Source: Eledone cirrhosa
Lineage: Eukaryota
NCBI GenBank assembly: GCA_964016885.1
Contig: OZ024754.1
Location: 45,694,001-45,758,000, forward strand
Reading direction: 5' to 3'
Length of the DNA stretch: 64,000 nucleotides
Below the pieces are notes generated by a model, which saw only the letters and a program-made list of their open reading frames with translations, was not told the origin of the DNA and ran no database searches. Position 1 is the stretch's first letter. Each line of letters starts with the position of its first letter. Of the stretch, positions 26,931 to 40,960 are shown one piece after another. Both the position numbers and the translations under genes were made by a program.

Positions 26931-28791
26931 CACACGCATGCAGACGCGCGTAATACAGTTTTCTAAATTGATGTGTATCTATTATAGATATGCCTATCAT
27001 TATTGCCTTGTGTACCATATTTCGGTTATATCTTCGATTTCGTTTCATTGTTAATGTTGTTTAACGCGTAAAAATACTGGAACACATTATCGTCATAACA
27101 CGGAAAGTAATATTACAGATTATATTATAAGTACTAACTTTAAACATTAAAAAAAAAGACATACTTTATCCATAGGAATCGAGCCAAATATATAATGAAT
27201 AGGATACAGATTGTTTCCAGTCTTTCCACTGAACCTCTTTCCTGGTGCTGCCTATATCTAATATTAGCAACAACGCCACACTTTTCCTTCGAATTCACAT
27301 TACATATGACGAAAATGAATGAGCTGTCAATTAGGTACAAGGCTGGTTTTTACCTTGTCCATTTCCTGCAGATTTTAAATCAAAATATAGAAAACACCAA
27401 GCTAACTGCAGCTAACACCATCATAGCTGATAAATAGATATATTTACTCGTGCCAATTTTGCAAATTAAAGATTTAATTTCCCAAGGTGTATAATTAGAT
27501 GTTAATTCGTTAAAAATCTACATCGAATTCCCTTGTCAGCTTTGCCTGATCGAATATACTGCCTCGTTAAAGAGAGACACACATTAGAAGTAAATTAAAT
27601 ATAAAACTTATTATATCCTCATTCCAAATTAAATGTATATCCTTTATAGATTTAGTTTATTAATGCGGCAAATATGTTGACTTCAGGTGCTATTAAAAGT
27701 CTATTAACACACCAGCGCTTTCGGTAACACACACAAACAACAAATTTAAAGAATGCACGTACATACATTCACACACATACATATAAGTATGTGTGTATTT
27801 GTATGGGTCTTTGTGTGTGTGTATATATCTGATTTTGCGTGAGTATAGATATATATATATATATAGAGAGAGAGATAAAGAGATAGATAGATGGATATAC
27901 AGGGAGGGGGTAGTAGGTGGATATATAGATGGATACATAAATAGGCAAACAGACAGGTGGATATAAAGATAGATAGATGCATATAAGTTAGAACGCTTCA
28001 AACTATCAGAGATCTATAACTATATAATATTTAAACAGGCCTTTACATGGTCTATCATTCTCTCTCTCTCTCTATATATATATATTTATATATACACAAC
28101 CGACATTGGAATAAAAATAAATACATTACACAATAGAACAAAATACTGAATAGAAGAAATTCAATCGAATATTTAAGAAGGGTTTTTACCTGTAACATAT
28201 GAGTAACATTTAACATCGAATGTTTAAGAGAAATCTCATTGAAATAGCCCTCAAATTATATCATACTACAGAAAACAATCCACATATGACAATGAATTCT
28301 TTGATATATTTAAAACAAGTGTTCACAGCTGCATACTTTCTCATTATAGATCTGCTCAATTAGTTTTGGCCTTGGAATACATACCATCAAATAATAAACC
28401 GTCAAAGACACCGAGAAGGAGGGTGTCGGGGACATAGTTTAAATTCAGAACAAAAGAATATGGTGTAAAATAAAATATCGTATAATATATAATAAGTAAC
28501 ATCTGTAAATCTATTTATTTGAGAAAGGTAAATTGTTGGTCTTTAATGTAGATATTCTGATGTAGCGAAGCTCAACAGCTTGACAGGAGGTAATGCTATT
28601 TCTTAGTGATATATTCAATATATACATATTGCTAGAGTGTGTGTTTTTAATTCCTCAACAAATAGTTCTGTCTGTCATTTATCATTAATATATATTGCAA
28701 GATGTATTCCTACCGTGAGCCTATGTGTCACAGTATGTAGAAAACGTTAATTTCTATGACATTACTTAAAACTTGTGTATGGAACACATCT

Positions 28792-28903
<112 letters not shown>

Positions 28904-29362
28904 TGTGTAAGTGTTTATACATAGGCGGGCACAGAGGAAGAGTACGTTTATGTGTGCGTATATATATATAGAGAGAGAGAGATAGAAAGATATATATATA
29001 TATCGAGAGAGAGAGAGGGGATGGCGGGGGGGAAAACCACATTTGTAATTGTAAGTTGTTTAACGTTAATTCAGTAGGCGAATCAGCCATCACTGAAAAC
29101 ACGCCATATTGAATTTTGTTTTTTATATTGTTTCTGTTTCAGTTGATTTATTTTTATGGTTTTATTTCCATAATTAACTGGCTTTAGTCATTTAAAATGG
29201 AATCGGTAAATTGTTTTGATACAAACACTACATACTCATTACCAGTTAATTGTTACGTATGCGAGTTTGTGTATATGTTTCCATTCATACATATGTGTAT
29301 GTTGTACATATGAATAATTTGCACACACGCATATATATGTCTAATACGCATTTTATAGTATG

Positions 29363-29415
<53 letters not shown>

Positions 29416-30454
29416 CTTATATAGTTATATATATATACTTTTGTATATATATACTTATATATTTATATTTATATATATACTTTTATATATATATATATAT
29501 ATACTTATATATTTTTATATATATATATATACTTATATATTTATATTTATATATATACTTATATATATATAAATATATATATATATAAGTATATTTATAT
29601 ATATACTTTTATATATATATATTTATATATATATATATATATATATACTTTTATATATATATATTTATATATATATATATATATAAGTATATTTATATAT
29701 ATACTTTTATATATATATATATATATAATATTTATATTTATATACATACTTATATATATATTTGTTTATATATAATTATATTTATATTTATATAATTATA
29801 GTTATACATATATACAGTAATTCACACAAGCATTGTAGCATAGTATCTTATTACATATTGTCAATTAAGTCATCTCGTTTTTTATCGTATATATATATAT
29901 ACCTTGTTTAATTAGGCATACATATTATTGTATGAATTATATATGTGTATGGGTGTATGTATGTATGTATTTATATACACATTATGCCTGTGAGTGTATA
30001 TCTCCCTGTGCATGTTGTACATTCCTGTACATGCAGATATATATATATACAGACACATATATATATGTGTGCAATAGAAGCTTTATTTAAATTGATTGAG
30101 GAACATCCTGCTGTTTCTATACAACGGAATCAATAAGACAGTGAAAAGGGAGGAGACTGACAGTCAGACATACAGAACCAGAGCAAAATATATACTGAGA
30201 GATATACACTTCGATTAAAGTAATTTGAATGACGGAATAGATGTAGAGAGACGATGAATAGAGAGGAAGTGAAAGAAGAAAATGAACAGGAAGACAGAGA
30301 AGTGAAGGATAGATAGTGATATGAAAGATTTACAGAAACACAGATATACAGAAAGGAAGAAACATTATGAAGGAAAGAAAGAATGAAAGTCCTGAGATTC
30401 AACGAAATACAGGAGAGTAAGGTACAAATTAAAACAGACATGACGTAGTGGAAA

Positions 30455-30700
30455 AGGTAACAGCCTACTTGTGAAATTAACCTGCAAGAGGCTGAGCATT
30501 CTACAGACACGTGTAGCCTTAACGTAGTTTTCGGGAAGATTCAACATCACACAGCATGGGACAAGGCTGGTCATGCTAATTACTGGTATAGCTCTCTTTT
30601 GCCAGCTGAGTTTATTGAAACAATGTGAAATAAAGTGTCTCACCGGCAGGAATCGAACTGAAGACCTGACGATCGTGAGCTGCCTACACTAACCTCTACC
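30455..30700 (-). mobile_element. SINE family B (diverged)
   Basis: gtgaaattaac.tgcaag.ggctgagcatt..acagacacg.gta..gccagctga..caatgtgaaataaagtgtct..ggaatcgaact is the reverse complement of 8519-8842. Confidence 0.85.
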
Positions 30701-31283
30701 CCTTGACGAGAGGCTGAGATGTAGAAAATGTGAAATATATATAGAGAGGGAGGGGGTAAAATATGAAGATTGTAAGATAAAATAATATAAAGGAAGATGA
30801 ATTATGGGAGTTAAAATATTAAATAAGTGAATAAAGAAAAGAAACAGATAGGACAATAAAATTAGGAGAAAGCCTTTAAAGTAGAAGGACAGTGATAAAA
30901 ATAAGATGAGTAGTGGTCGGAGGAGGCGCCAGATATTTCTGTGGTTTTAGCGAGGGAGAGGGGGGCAACGAGAGAGAGAGAGGGTGGGGACCACAAGAGA
31001 GGGAGTTGGTGGGGGTAAAGATCTAAAGGAGACCTTACAGAAATAGGCAGATAAAGAGGAAATAAAAGATAGATAAATGACGAAGGAGGGCAAACATTCA
31101 TGCAGATAATCAATTAATAGTTTTAATTCGATCTCCAGCCAATTGACACATTTAAAAATCAAAGCTGTCTCACACACCATGTAATTGTTCAGGCAATCAC
31201 GTGACTTGATATCGATCGTTTGATAATTAACACAATGATATCAACAATTATTCATTTGTCTATGTTTGTGCATTCGTTTTGAT

Positions 31284-31485
31284 GAAGCGTTTTTGTGTTT
31301 ATAATTGTGTTTATGTCGACGACTCTGACAATAGAAACACACAAACACAAACACAAACACACACACACATACACACACATACACACACACACATATATAT
31401 ATATATATATGTATATATATGTGTGTGTATGTGTGTGTGTGTATTTATATTTTCAGAGTCGTCGACATAAACACAAAAACGCTTC
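31284..31485. repeat. Inverted repeat enclosing a self-complementary (CA)n-(TA)n-(TG)n core
   Basis: gaagcgtttttgtgtttat[+12 bp]gtcgacgactctga vs tcagagtcgtcgacataaacacaaaaacgcttc. Confidence 0.92.
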
Positions 31486-31508
31486 TCACTCTCAGTAAAA
31501 CAGTATAC

Positions 31509-32865
31509 AGGATGGCCTCCAACGGCGTCGTCGGACGGAGGGCCCGGTGAAGTTGCTCGGGGTCTGGTTCGGGCCAGACCTCCAGGTGGAGAAGAACTGG
31601 GGTGAGGTATCGAACAGGGTGTTTGCGCTGATCCAGAAGTGGGCTGAGTGCAAACTATTCCTGAAAGGTTGGGCGGAGGTGGCGAACGCTTATACAGCGT
31701 CTGTCATCTATTACCGCCTGACCGTCGTGCCTTGCCCAAGGGAAACGCTCACCAAAATGGAGCGCGCACTCTTCCAATTCCTTTGGTGAGGAGATCCATC
31801 AGCTGTCAATACCCTTCGAAAGGAGGGCTGGGGTGGCCGTGGCTGCTGATGCGTAAACACGATTAAGGCTACGGCACCTCCAAGTATTCCTCACCGGTCA
31901 ACCGGTGTGGTCCGCGTTTCTCAGGTGAGCTGCAGTCCTGGGTCAAGCAAAGATCGAGAAAACTGGGCGCCTGGCACACCGAGTGTGCCCAGGCAGGTGG
32001 ACCCGACTATCGGTGGAGACTCCACCTCGTCATTCTATAGAGGGCTGGCGGTTAGTAGGTGCGACGACGCCCTCGAAGAAGCTCTAGGAATGGAAGAAGA
32101 CGAACTGGCCAACCTATTCGGGAGGACATTTGGCCCGGGATCTATGGACAACTTCCATAGGTCCCTGGCCTGGCAGTGCTACCGAGGGGTGCTGCCCGTT
32201 CGAGAAAAGCTCTACAGACACGGGCGCTCGGCTAGGGACCACTCGAAAAAGATCTGTTCCAGATGCGTGCGCGACGAGGAAACCGTTGCGCACGCATTGG
32301 TACACTGCCCGGGCGTTCACGTTCTGTGGGGCTATGTCGAACGACTGCTGTCACGGGTGGGACGATCAAGCCGCCTCTCCCCTTCAAAAATGAAGGAGAG
32401 GCGGTCTTTCTCTGTGTATTAGCCATGGTGAAAGTGGTGGTATGGTGGACACGTTTGAAAGGGCTGAGGTCGGACACCTTTCTCTCCGGCCAACAACTGG
32501 TCCTTTTCTTTAAATACCATCTTTAAGAGAAGGATCAGAATGGAGAGAGAGGTGCTCTACCCCAGCAAGTTTTATGAAAGGTGGGTGAAAGTAGCGAGAA
32601 TGGCCCGTGTGAATGGGCCTTCTCTCTTTATCAGCCTCTAGGTGGAAAGGTGGAAGTTCAAAGGAGCACCCCCTCTCTGTGCTCCTAAGGAAAAGGGTTG
32701 CACACTTTTTCGGAGGTGTGCGTGACCCCCAAAACGCCTCCTCCCTATTGAGGACTGTATTGTTAATTTTATATTTATTTGTTTTTTACTCGTTCCTTCT
32801 ATGTAAACTCCCCCCTTGTATTTGTCCCCTCGTGGCAAATAAATAGAAACTTATCTATCTATCTA
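31509..32865 (+). mobile_element. 5'-truncated Tx1/L1-type LINE (RT thumb to zf-RVT region and 3' UTR), disrupted
   Basis: GC-rich island. Peptides VKLLGVWFG..NW..KW..LFLKG..IYYRL..LFQFLW, P.KGGLG.P, W....G.LPV...L..C.RC...ET..H.L..C; AATAAA and (TATC)n tail; 17/19-identical TSD tctcagtaaa.ca.tatac at 31490-31508 and 32866-32884. Confidence 0.9.
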
Positions 32866-33859
32866 TCTCAGTAAACCAATATACCCAAACACACAATACG
32901 CCTTCATTTACTGCTCGTATTAATATATATATGTATTAGGACAGAATATAACGAAACCGATGGAATTCTGGGCTATTTGTGATAAGTTCAGGAATACATT
33001 GAGTTCTAAACCTCGGTGAAGCCCCTCATTTCAGATTGTTCTTGCTACCACATTACGTCATATACTAAGACATTCTTTGCAGTTTCCAACAATGTGACTA
33101 ACAACAGCATTTGTTTTTATTTTCTACAGTCTTCATGTACTCTCAGCTGACAATTATCTTATCCTGTGCAGTAATTACTTGAAGAGGATTTCTTGCTCTT
33201 GGATTGCATGTAGTTATCATTCAAGATCAGATATGAATTTGTCGGAACTTCCTGTCAGGCTTTTATTGAGGTTTATCCTCTTTCTGGTCTATGTTGTACC
33301 TCTCATGGACCCATGAACATCTTCTCAAGGAAATGGTCTATTTTTGTTTTATTTCGCTCGAAAATTAACTAGTTTTCTAATGTCTTTGGAGGAGAAATAT
33401 GTCAGATTTTATTTCACGATTCTCTGTTAATATATATTCATGTCTCCAAATACAAATATATATTTACTGGCAATTCTGAAGACATTTGTTATATCTGAGA
33501 AAACCCTGAGATATAAAAGAATTGCTATAGAATTGTAAATATTCCTAACAAACACGTATAAATACATGTATGGTAGTACATACGAACACTTAGAATCAAA
33601 CAAACCTCCCACGTGTACACACAGTGGTGGAAGTTAGTAATTAACTACCTTGCAGCGAGGGGGAGGTACCTTATGGGTGGTGTTGAGATGTCCTCTAATA
33701 TAAATATCATTTGTTTATGTTTCCTTTAAGCCCAGGCATGATATGGGGTTATACAATAGTACATTCAACCCCTTAACTGCTCGGTTTCGTACACTGTATC
33801 TATATTGGAAGCCTCATTCTCTCTCTCTCCCTCGCTCTGTGTATATATATATATATATT

Positions 33860-33905
<46 letters not shown>

Positions 33906-34196
33906 AATAGATATATATATATATATGTATATATATACATATATATATAACGCTTTCTCTCTCTTTCCTTCTCTCATTCAATTTCTCTCTCCCTTTCTTT
34001 CTCACGCTATCACCCCCTTCTCTTTACCTATCTCTCTTTATATATATATCCACCCTCCCACCTCTCCCCAACCTATTCAATCAATGTGTTGATTGGGCCA
34101 CAATAAATAAATGAACGAGTTCCTATAATTAATATTTCTGGTTCTAGCTGTCGTCTTCATGTGTAGTCGTTGATACCGGTATATCTGTTGCCATTA

Positions 34197-34231
<35 letters not shown>

Positions 34232-34284
34232 GTGTGTCTGTGTATATATATATGAGAGAGAGAGAGTAGGAAGAAGATTATATA

Positions 34285-34359
<75 letters not shown>

Positions 34360-34829
34360 TGTGTGCGTATGAGTTATCATCGATATATGTTCGCCATTAT
34401 AAATTTAGAATTTAAATTATCCTCACCCTTTCTCCATTGCTATGGTAACTGCTACCATTAATCATTAATGTGTGGTGTATATTATTAGGACGAGGTTTCT
34501 AAACCAGACGTGATTTATAATCATCTCATACTACTTTAGTTTTTCTTGTTTTTTTTGTGTATATACATATATACATATAATATAAACATATATATGTGTG
34601 TGTGTGTGTGTATATATGTATATGTATACATGTGTGTATGTATATGCATATTTATGTATATACATATCTATATAAGTGTATATATACATATCTATATATG
34701 TGTGTTGGTATATGTATATATATGTATATGTTTATATATGTATATGTATATGTTTGTATATGTATATGTATATATGTATGTATGTATATGCATATTTATG
34801 TATATACATATCTATATATATATAAGTGG

Positions 34830-34874
<45 letters not shown>

Positions 34875-35562
34875 CATATATATATATATGTGTGTGTGTG
34901 TGTATATGTATATATATATGTGTATACATATAAATATATAAGTGGATATATATATACATATATATGTAAATATATACATACATATATGTATATATATATA
35001 TGTGTGTGTAGTCTTTCACCTTTTTTATAATTCCCTTTCCGTCTATTTACCTTTTTCTTTGTTTCCATCTATATATCATCTTCACGACTCCCTCCCACCT
35101 TTCCATCCCCCTCACACTATCCTCTCCTCCCCCTCTCTATTTCCTCCCACTCTCTATTTCCCTCACCCCTCTCTATTTACCCAAACCCTTCTTGGTCCCC
35201 TTCGATATCCCCCACACCCCGTCTCTGACCACCTCTAACAACCCTCTATCCCCATCAACATATCTCTAATCCCTCCCTACCTATCTGTCTCTCTCTCTCT
35301 CTCTCTCTCTATCCTTCTCTCTCTCTCTCTCTCTCTCTCTCAGTAGTAATATTACCCTCATTCTCTGCCTTTCACTCTCCCTCTATTATTTCTTTATATT
35401 CCTCCTTTTCTATCTATTTCCTTCTCTCTTTCTTTCAATATTTATTCTTTCTTTTGTCTTTTTTCCTCGTCCTTTCATCTATTTATCTTTGTTTTCTTCT
35501 TTTTCGTTCTGGTGTCTATAAATCTAACATTTTCAATGCATGCAATATTATCTGCCCACTAG

Positions 35563-35609
<47 letters not shown>

Positions 35610-35625
35610 ACATATATATATATAG

Positions 35626-35816
35626 TAATTGTTTCTACTTTTGGCACAAGGCCAGCAATTACCCAGTGTATTACTGGTACTTTATTTTATCGACCCCATA
35701 AGGATGAAAGGCAAAGTTAACCTCGGCGGGATTTGAACTCAGAATGGCAAGGGCCGTAACTCTATGCGTCAAAGCATGGCGTCCGACCCTCTACCGATAC
35801 TGCCAATCCACTGGCC
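35626..35816 (-). mobile_element. SINE family A, full length, with TSD
   Basis: Reverse complement of 20661-20850; flanked on both sides by tatatatatagtaat. Confidence 0.93.
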
Positions 35817-35820
35817 ATTA

Positions 35821-35899
35821 TATATATAGTAATAATAATAAATTTGAAGACTAAAATCCAAAGAGGGCTGGATAAGGATAAATATATATCAAATATATT

Positions 35900-35960
<61 letters not shown>

Positions 35961-36044
35961 ACATATATATATAGTAATAATAATACATTTGAAGACTAAA
36001 ATCCCAAGAGGGCTGGATAAGGATAAATATATATCAAATATAGT

Positions 36045-36092
<48 letters not shown>

Positions 36093-36167
36093 CATATATA
36101 TATATATACATATAAATATATATATATATATATATACATATAAATATATATATATATATATATATAC

Positions 36168-36230
<63 letters not shown>

Positions 36231-36509
36231 CATATAAATATATGTTTACATATAAATATATATATACATATAAATATATATATACATATAAATATATACA
36301 TATATATATACATATAAATATATATATACATATATATATATACACATATAAATATATATATACATATATATATACACATATAAATATATAAATATATATA
36401 CATATATATATATATATACATGTATACATATATATATAGTAATAATAATAAATTTGAAGACTAAAATCCAAAGAGGGCTGGATAAGGATAAATATATATC
36501 AAATATATT

Positions 36510-36573
<64 letters not shown>

Positions 36574-36586
36574 CATATATATATAC

Positions 36587-36626
<40 letters not shown>

Positions 36627-36640
36627 ATATATATATATAC

Positions 36641-36671
<31 letters not shown>

Positions 36672-37000
36672 AATATATATATACATATAAATATATATAT
36701 ATATATTTACATATAAATATATATTTACATATAAATATATATTTACATATAAATATATAAATACATATACATATAAATATATATATACATATAAATATAT
36801 ATATACATATAAATATATATATACATATAAATATATACATATATATATATACATATAAATATATATATACATATAAATATATATTTAAATATATATATAC
36901 ATATAAATATATATATATATATATTTATACATATAAATATATATATATATATATACACATATAAATATATATATATATACATATAAATATATATATATAT
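35821..37000. repeat. Triplicated ~70-bp unique unit embedded in interrupted (TA)n satellite
   Basis: agtaataataata.atttgaagactaaaatcc.aagagggctggataaggataaatatatatcaaatata at about 35828, 35973 and 36438. Confidence 0.93.
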
Positions 37001-37014
37001 ACAAACACTCGCAC

Positions 37015-37059
<45 letters not shown>

Positions 37060-40000
37060 GTTCGTTGATATATGTTCCTATATGAACTATCCACCGGTGG
37101 CGAACCTCGGAGTCAATCCAAAATATGTGTTTGTCTTTGTAAATATAATTATATATGTTTATACTTTTCTCTAGAAATACCATATGATTTTTATATCACT
37201 CTCCTCATCATCAACATCACCACCACCACCACAACCGTCATCATCATCGTCATTATTATTATTATTATCATTATTATTATTTTTATTATTTACTGCAGAG
37301 CTACTATCTGCCAATATATTCAGTATTATTTTTCATGGTCTCTATTGTCGTTGCAGTTCTTTTTTCTTTTTCTTCCATTCTCGTTTGTTGGTGTATAGTG
37401 TTTCAGCCAATTTAGTCCTCATGGTAAAAATGCAATTTCTACTGGTATAACTTATAGAAGCAAAATACACTTAGCTTTTTTTAAACTATGTTTTGCTTTT
37501 TCTATCTATGGTGAATGACAACGAAAGAATATGCTATTAGTCACTGGAGTAAATTTTATACGAACAGCTTATAGATTCACGAGTGAGAGTCATGTTAACA
37601 AAGGCAAGTGGTTTTCTAATATGATATATATCATTTTAGAATATTGCAAAATACAGTGACCAATGGCTTTTCTAAAGTAATTCAACAACGAATGCATTCT
37701 ACTTCTGGACACCTTACGGACCCATTGCAAACATTTTATTGTCGTATAATAAATTGGTTTTGTTTATGTGTGCGTCTGTGGGGGCTGCAATTATTATTAT
37801 TATTCACAGTATTATCAGGCACCTTAATGTAATAAATCTGATAATGATAATAGAAAAAGAAAGAATCAATCCGAGAAACCATTATGAAAATCTGTCTCAC
37901 GAGCTATAAAAATAATATCTTGTTGAAATAATTAAAATAAAATTGTACATCCATCCATTAGCGGATTTGAAATGAAACATAGAATTGCTTTCTATTGATT
38001 AGAAACAAAATCTTGCAATTAATATTAGTGAGGAATATATGGTCGGTTCTGACGTTCATGCTGTTTCGAATGTTAATTCAACAATTGTAATATTCCTCTG
38101 GTTTCTAAGGACGATATTAGTTTTCATGCCGTCTCTCGGGATAGTTTTAGTAGTCATGCATTTTTCTAAGGGAAATGGTGGTCTTTTTAGTGTTTAAGAG
38201 TGTAATTTTGATATCCAAGGACAATGTTAACATCTGCATAATTTCTAAGCATAAATGTCGTTACACCATTAGCAGGACTCCAACAATTATACCGTCACCA
38301 AGATCAATTTTAACGTTCATACTAATTCCAAATGCAGTTGTAACATTCCCATCGTTCATGAGGGAATTGTTAACAATCATATGGTTGGCTAGCAAAGGAT
38401 GTGTTTCCCAGAATAGTGGGAGACGTTTGTGATAATCAAACACTCGGAGAAAAGAGATATAAGTGATTATAACAGCCAGGGTTGTCAGACTCGAGAAAGA
38501 TTAAAATCTCGGTGAAAATAGATATATTCGACTGTATTCCTGCGACCTTTGTTAATAAATTATATGAATATGTTATTGTCATTCGAATGCGTTCATAGAA
38601 ACTCCCTACGAAGGATCGGAAAAGCCCGGGAGATGCTGGATTACTACATCACAATGTTTAGAAAATGTGACATTAGCTACAGAAGACTTAAACAATGCCA
38701 CTTCCTTGGTGTTCTGGATATTTATGATTTCGTTTAAACCTGCCGAGTAATAAAATGGGCATTTGTGTCATATTATTCTCATACGTTTCAATCTAGTATT
38801 CCCAAGACAATATGTTGCTAGAAGACGGTATGTAAATGTTTGTATGCAAACAAGTAAATTAATGATATTATATAACTTGATGGTAATCCCAGGCAACGTG
38901 AAATGATCACTTCAACTGTTTGAATCAACAGCCAGATATCCTTCAAAATAGCACGACACCTTGTGTAATGTATTTCTAGATGTGCTTACCATATCAGAGA
39001 AAATTGGGAATGTTCGTGGATGGAATAATTTTGAATGTATGTCTGCTAGTTCGGAATGAACTTGGAGCTCAATTTAGAGCCACTACTTTTCAAGTTAGAG
39101 CAGCTACTTTTCCGAAACGAGAGATGACAACTCCAGCACTAAGGATATGTGATTTGAATGTCTAAAGAAAAAAGAATCATTCAGCAGATTTTATGGGCAA
39201 CGCCAATGTGCAAGAGACCCAGACTATTTCAATTTCAGATTAATGCCTGAAGAGTTGGTTTTATTAGTACCAGTGAAATACTCGTGTTGATGTAAAGGTA
39301 CTGGAGGGATATGAAACCAAGTGTTATGTATTTGACAAAACAATTGAATTTTTATTTCGTACCTACAGACTTTTTGCCGTTGGGAAAACGTAAATGCTAC
39401 ATGTCACATAACGTTCCTCTCTTTAATACAGGGGTTTTTGACTTTGAAAATAATGCAGTAAATCAAAGCTACTAATATAGAATAACATCTAACTTCCAAC
39501 GCGATATGATATGGTTTCTACTGATGACTGGCTTCAATGTAAAACATTGAACACTGTTATAAAAGAATCTGTAAAATAGTCTATAATAAGAGACTCTTGA
39601 GAATATAATCCATGATTGAATTGAAAAGTTAGAAATGAAAGAAAAACATCTTTCATTTTTAAGTTATGTCTAGGATTACTTTCTTCTCACTAAGAAAAAG
39701 AAAATATATTTAATTACAGATTCCAACAGACATTACAAATTCTTCCAGATGTGCACGAAATCTATTTTTCTTTGGGAAACAAGAACTTTTTTCTGTATTT
39801 CCTTTAGGCTACTTTTATAAATTGAGTTCAGCAGTTTTACTATAATGGTTTTAAGTAAACTAGAAAAACATTTCTAACTATTACATAGATAGATATAGTA
39901 TACTCCGTTATTACTAACCACTTCTAGAAAGTAGGTTAACTGGAACAGACATAATCGTATAATTTTCAGGTACACAACGAAATATTTTTTTATGAATTTG

Positions 40001-40240
40001 AACAGAAACCACAGTTAATAGATATTGTTTGATCTCGATGATTTTGTTAATACTTTAGGCTATATTAGGTTAGATTTTTTTCAACAATTATTGAAATTGT
40101 AAACTATCTACATGGTGACGACTAGATTAACGAATTTAAGATGTTCCAATACACTCGCTGTTTTTATTTTCTCCACAGCTTTTTCTCATTTTCCCCGTTC
40201 CTCCCTCTCTCTCATTATCTTCTATATCTAACTCTATCTT

Positions 40241-40296
40241 CTGAGGAAGGACTAGTATCCGAAACGTTAAGACTCTCTTCCTGCTATTTCAAGCGT
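40241..40296 (+). ncRNA. Minimal hammerhead ribozyme core, probably in a Penelope-like terminal repeat (about 40150-40360)
   Basis: CTGAGGA-a-GGA-ctagta-TCC-GAAAC-gttaaga..tttcaagc-GTT: intact core, 3-bp stem II, imperfect stem III, only 2-bp stem I. Confidence 0.6.
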
Positions 40297-40524
40297 TAAA
40301 CTAATATATATCTTCCATGTACTGTGCCGTTTGTTTTCTTTTTGTTATTACTTTTACACACAAACACACACACACACACACATACACACATATATATATA
40401 TAGTATATATATATGCGTGTGTATATTTATACACATTCGTATATACGCACACATACACACGCACACACATTCATACATACATACAACACACGTACACACA
40501 CATACATATGTATATTAATTACAC

Positions 40525-40960
40525 CTGTCCTAAGAACCATGAATTCTTTAACCTATATATTATATTTATTTCATAATAAATCTATAATGTCTGTTCTACC
40601 GCCTCATAAACTAGATGGCGGTAATTCTTCAAAAATTTGACAGTTATTTTTTTACATTTGTTCTGTCATAATCAGTTCATTTTGAAATTTAATTTTCTAA
40701 GTACATCTTATATATTCGAAAGCTGTCAAACAGTGATTTTATGACAGCTGTTCTTCGCGATTTCTTTTAAATAGTTTGTTTGGCTGTTTTTCCACACACC
40801 TCCTGCAATTTTTGACACGACTTCAAATTGAAAATTTTGTTTTCATGGTGACTTTTTTCGTCGTTTTTGTTTTGTATTTTGATTTCTAAATACATATATA
40901 AGCTATTATATTACTTGAATTAAATAAATTTGAAAACCCACCTTTATATGGGAACATACA
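40525..40960. mobile_element. Possible Tc1/mariner-type non-autonomous relic
   Basis: actagatggcg..tttgacag internal motifs and an end resembling mariner TIRs (aaaacccacctttatatgggaacatac); TIR pair not cleanly verifiable. Confidence 0.25.

Noticed and set aside
33095-33320. Plus-strand acceptor (gactaac..ttttctacag) with a roughly 60-codon open frame
   Set aside because: No recognisable peptide or clear donor; may be an antisense LINE relic.
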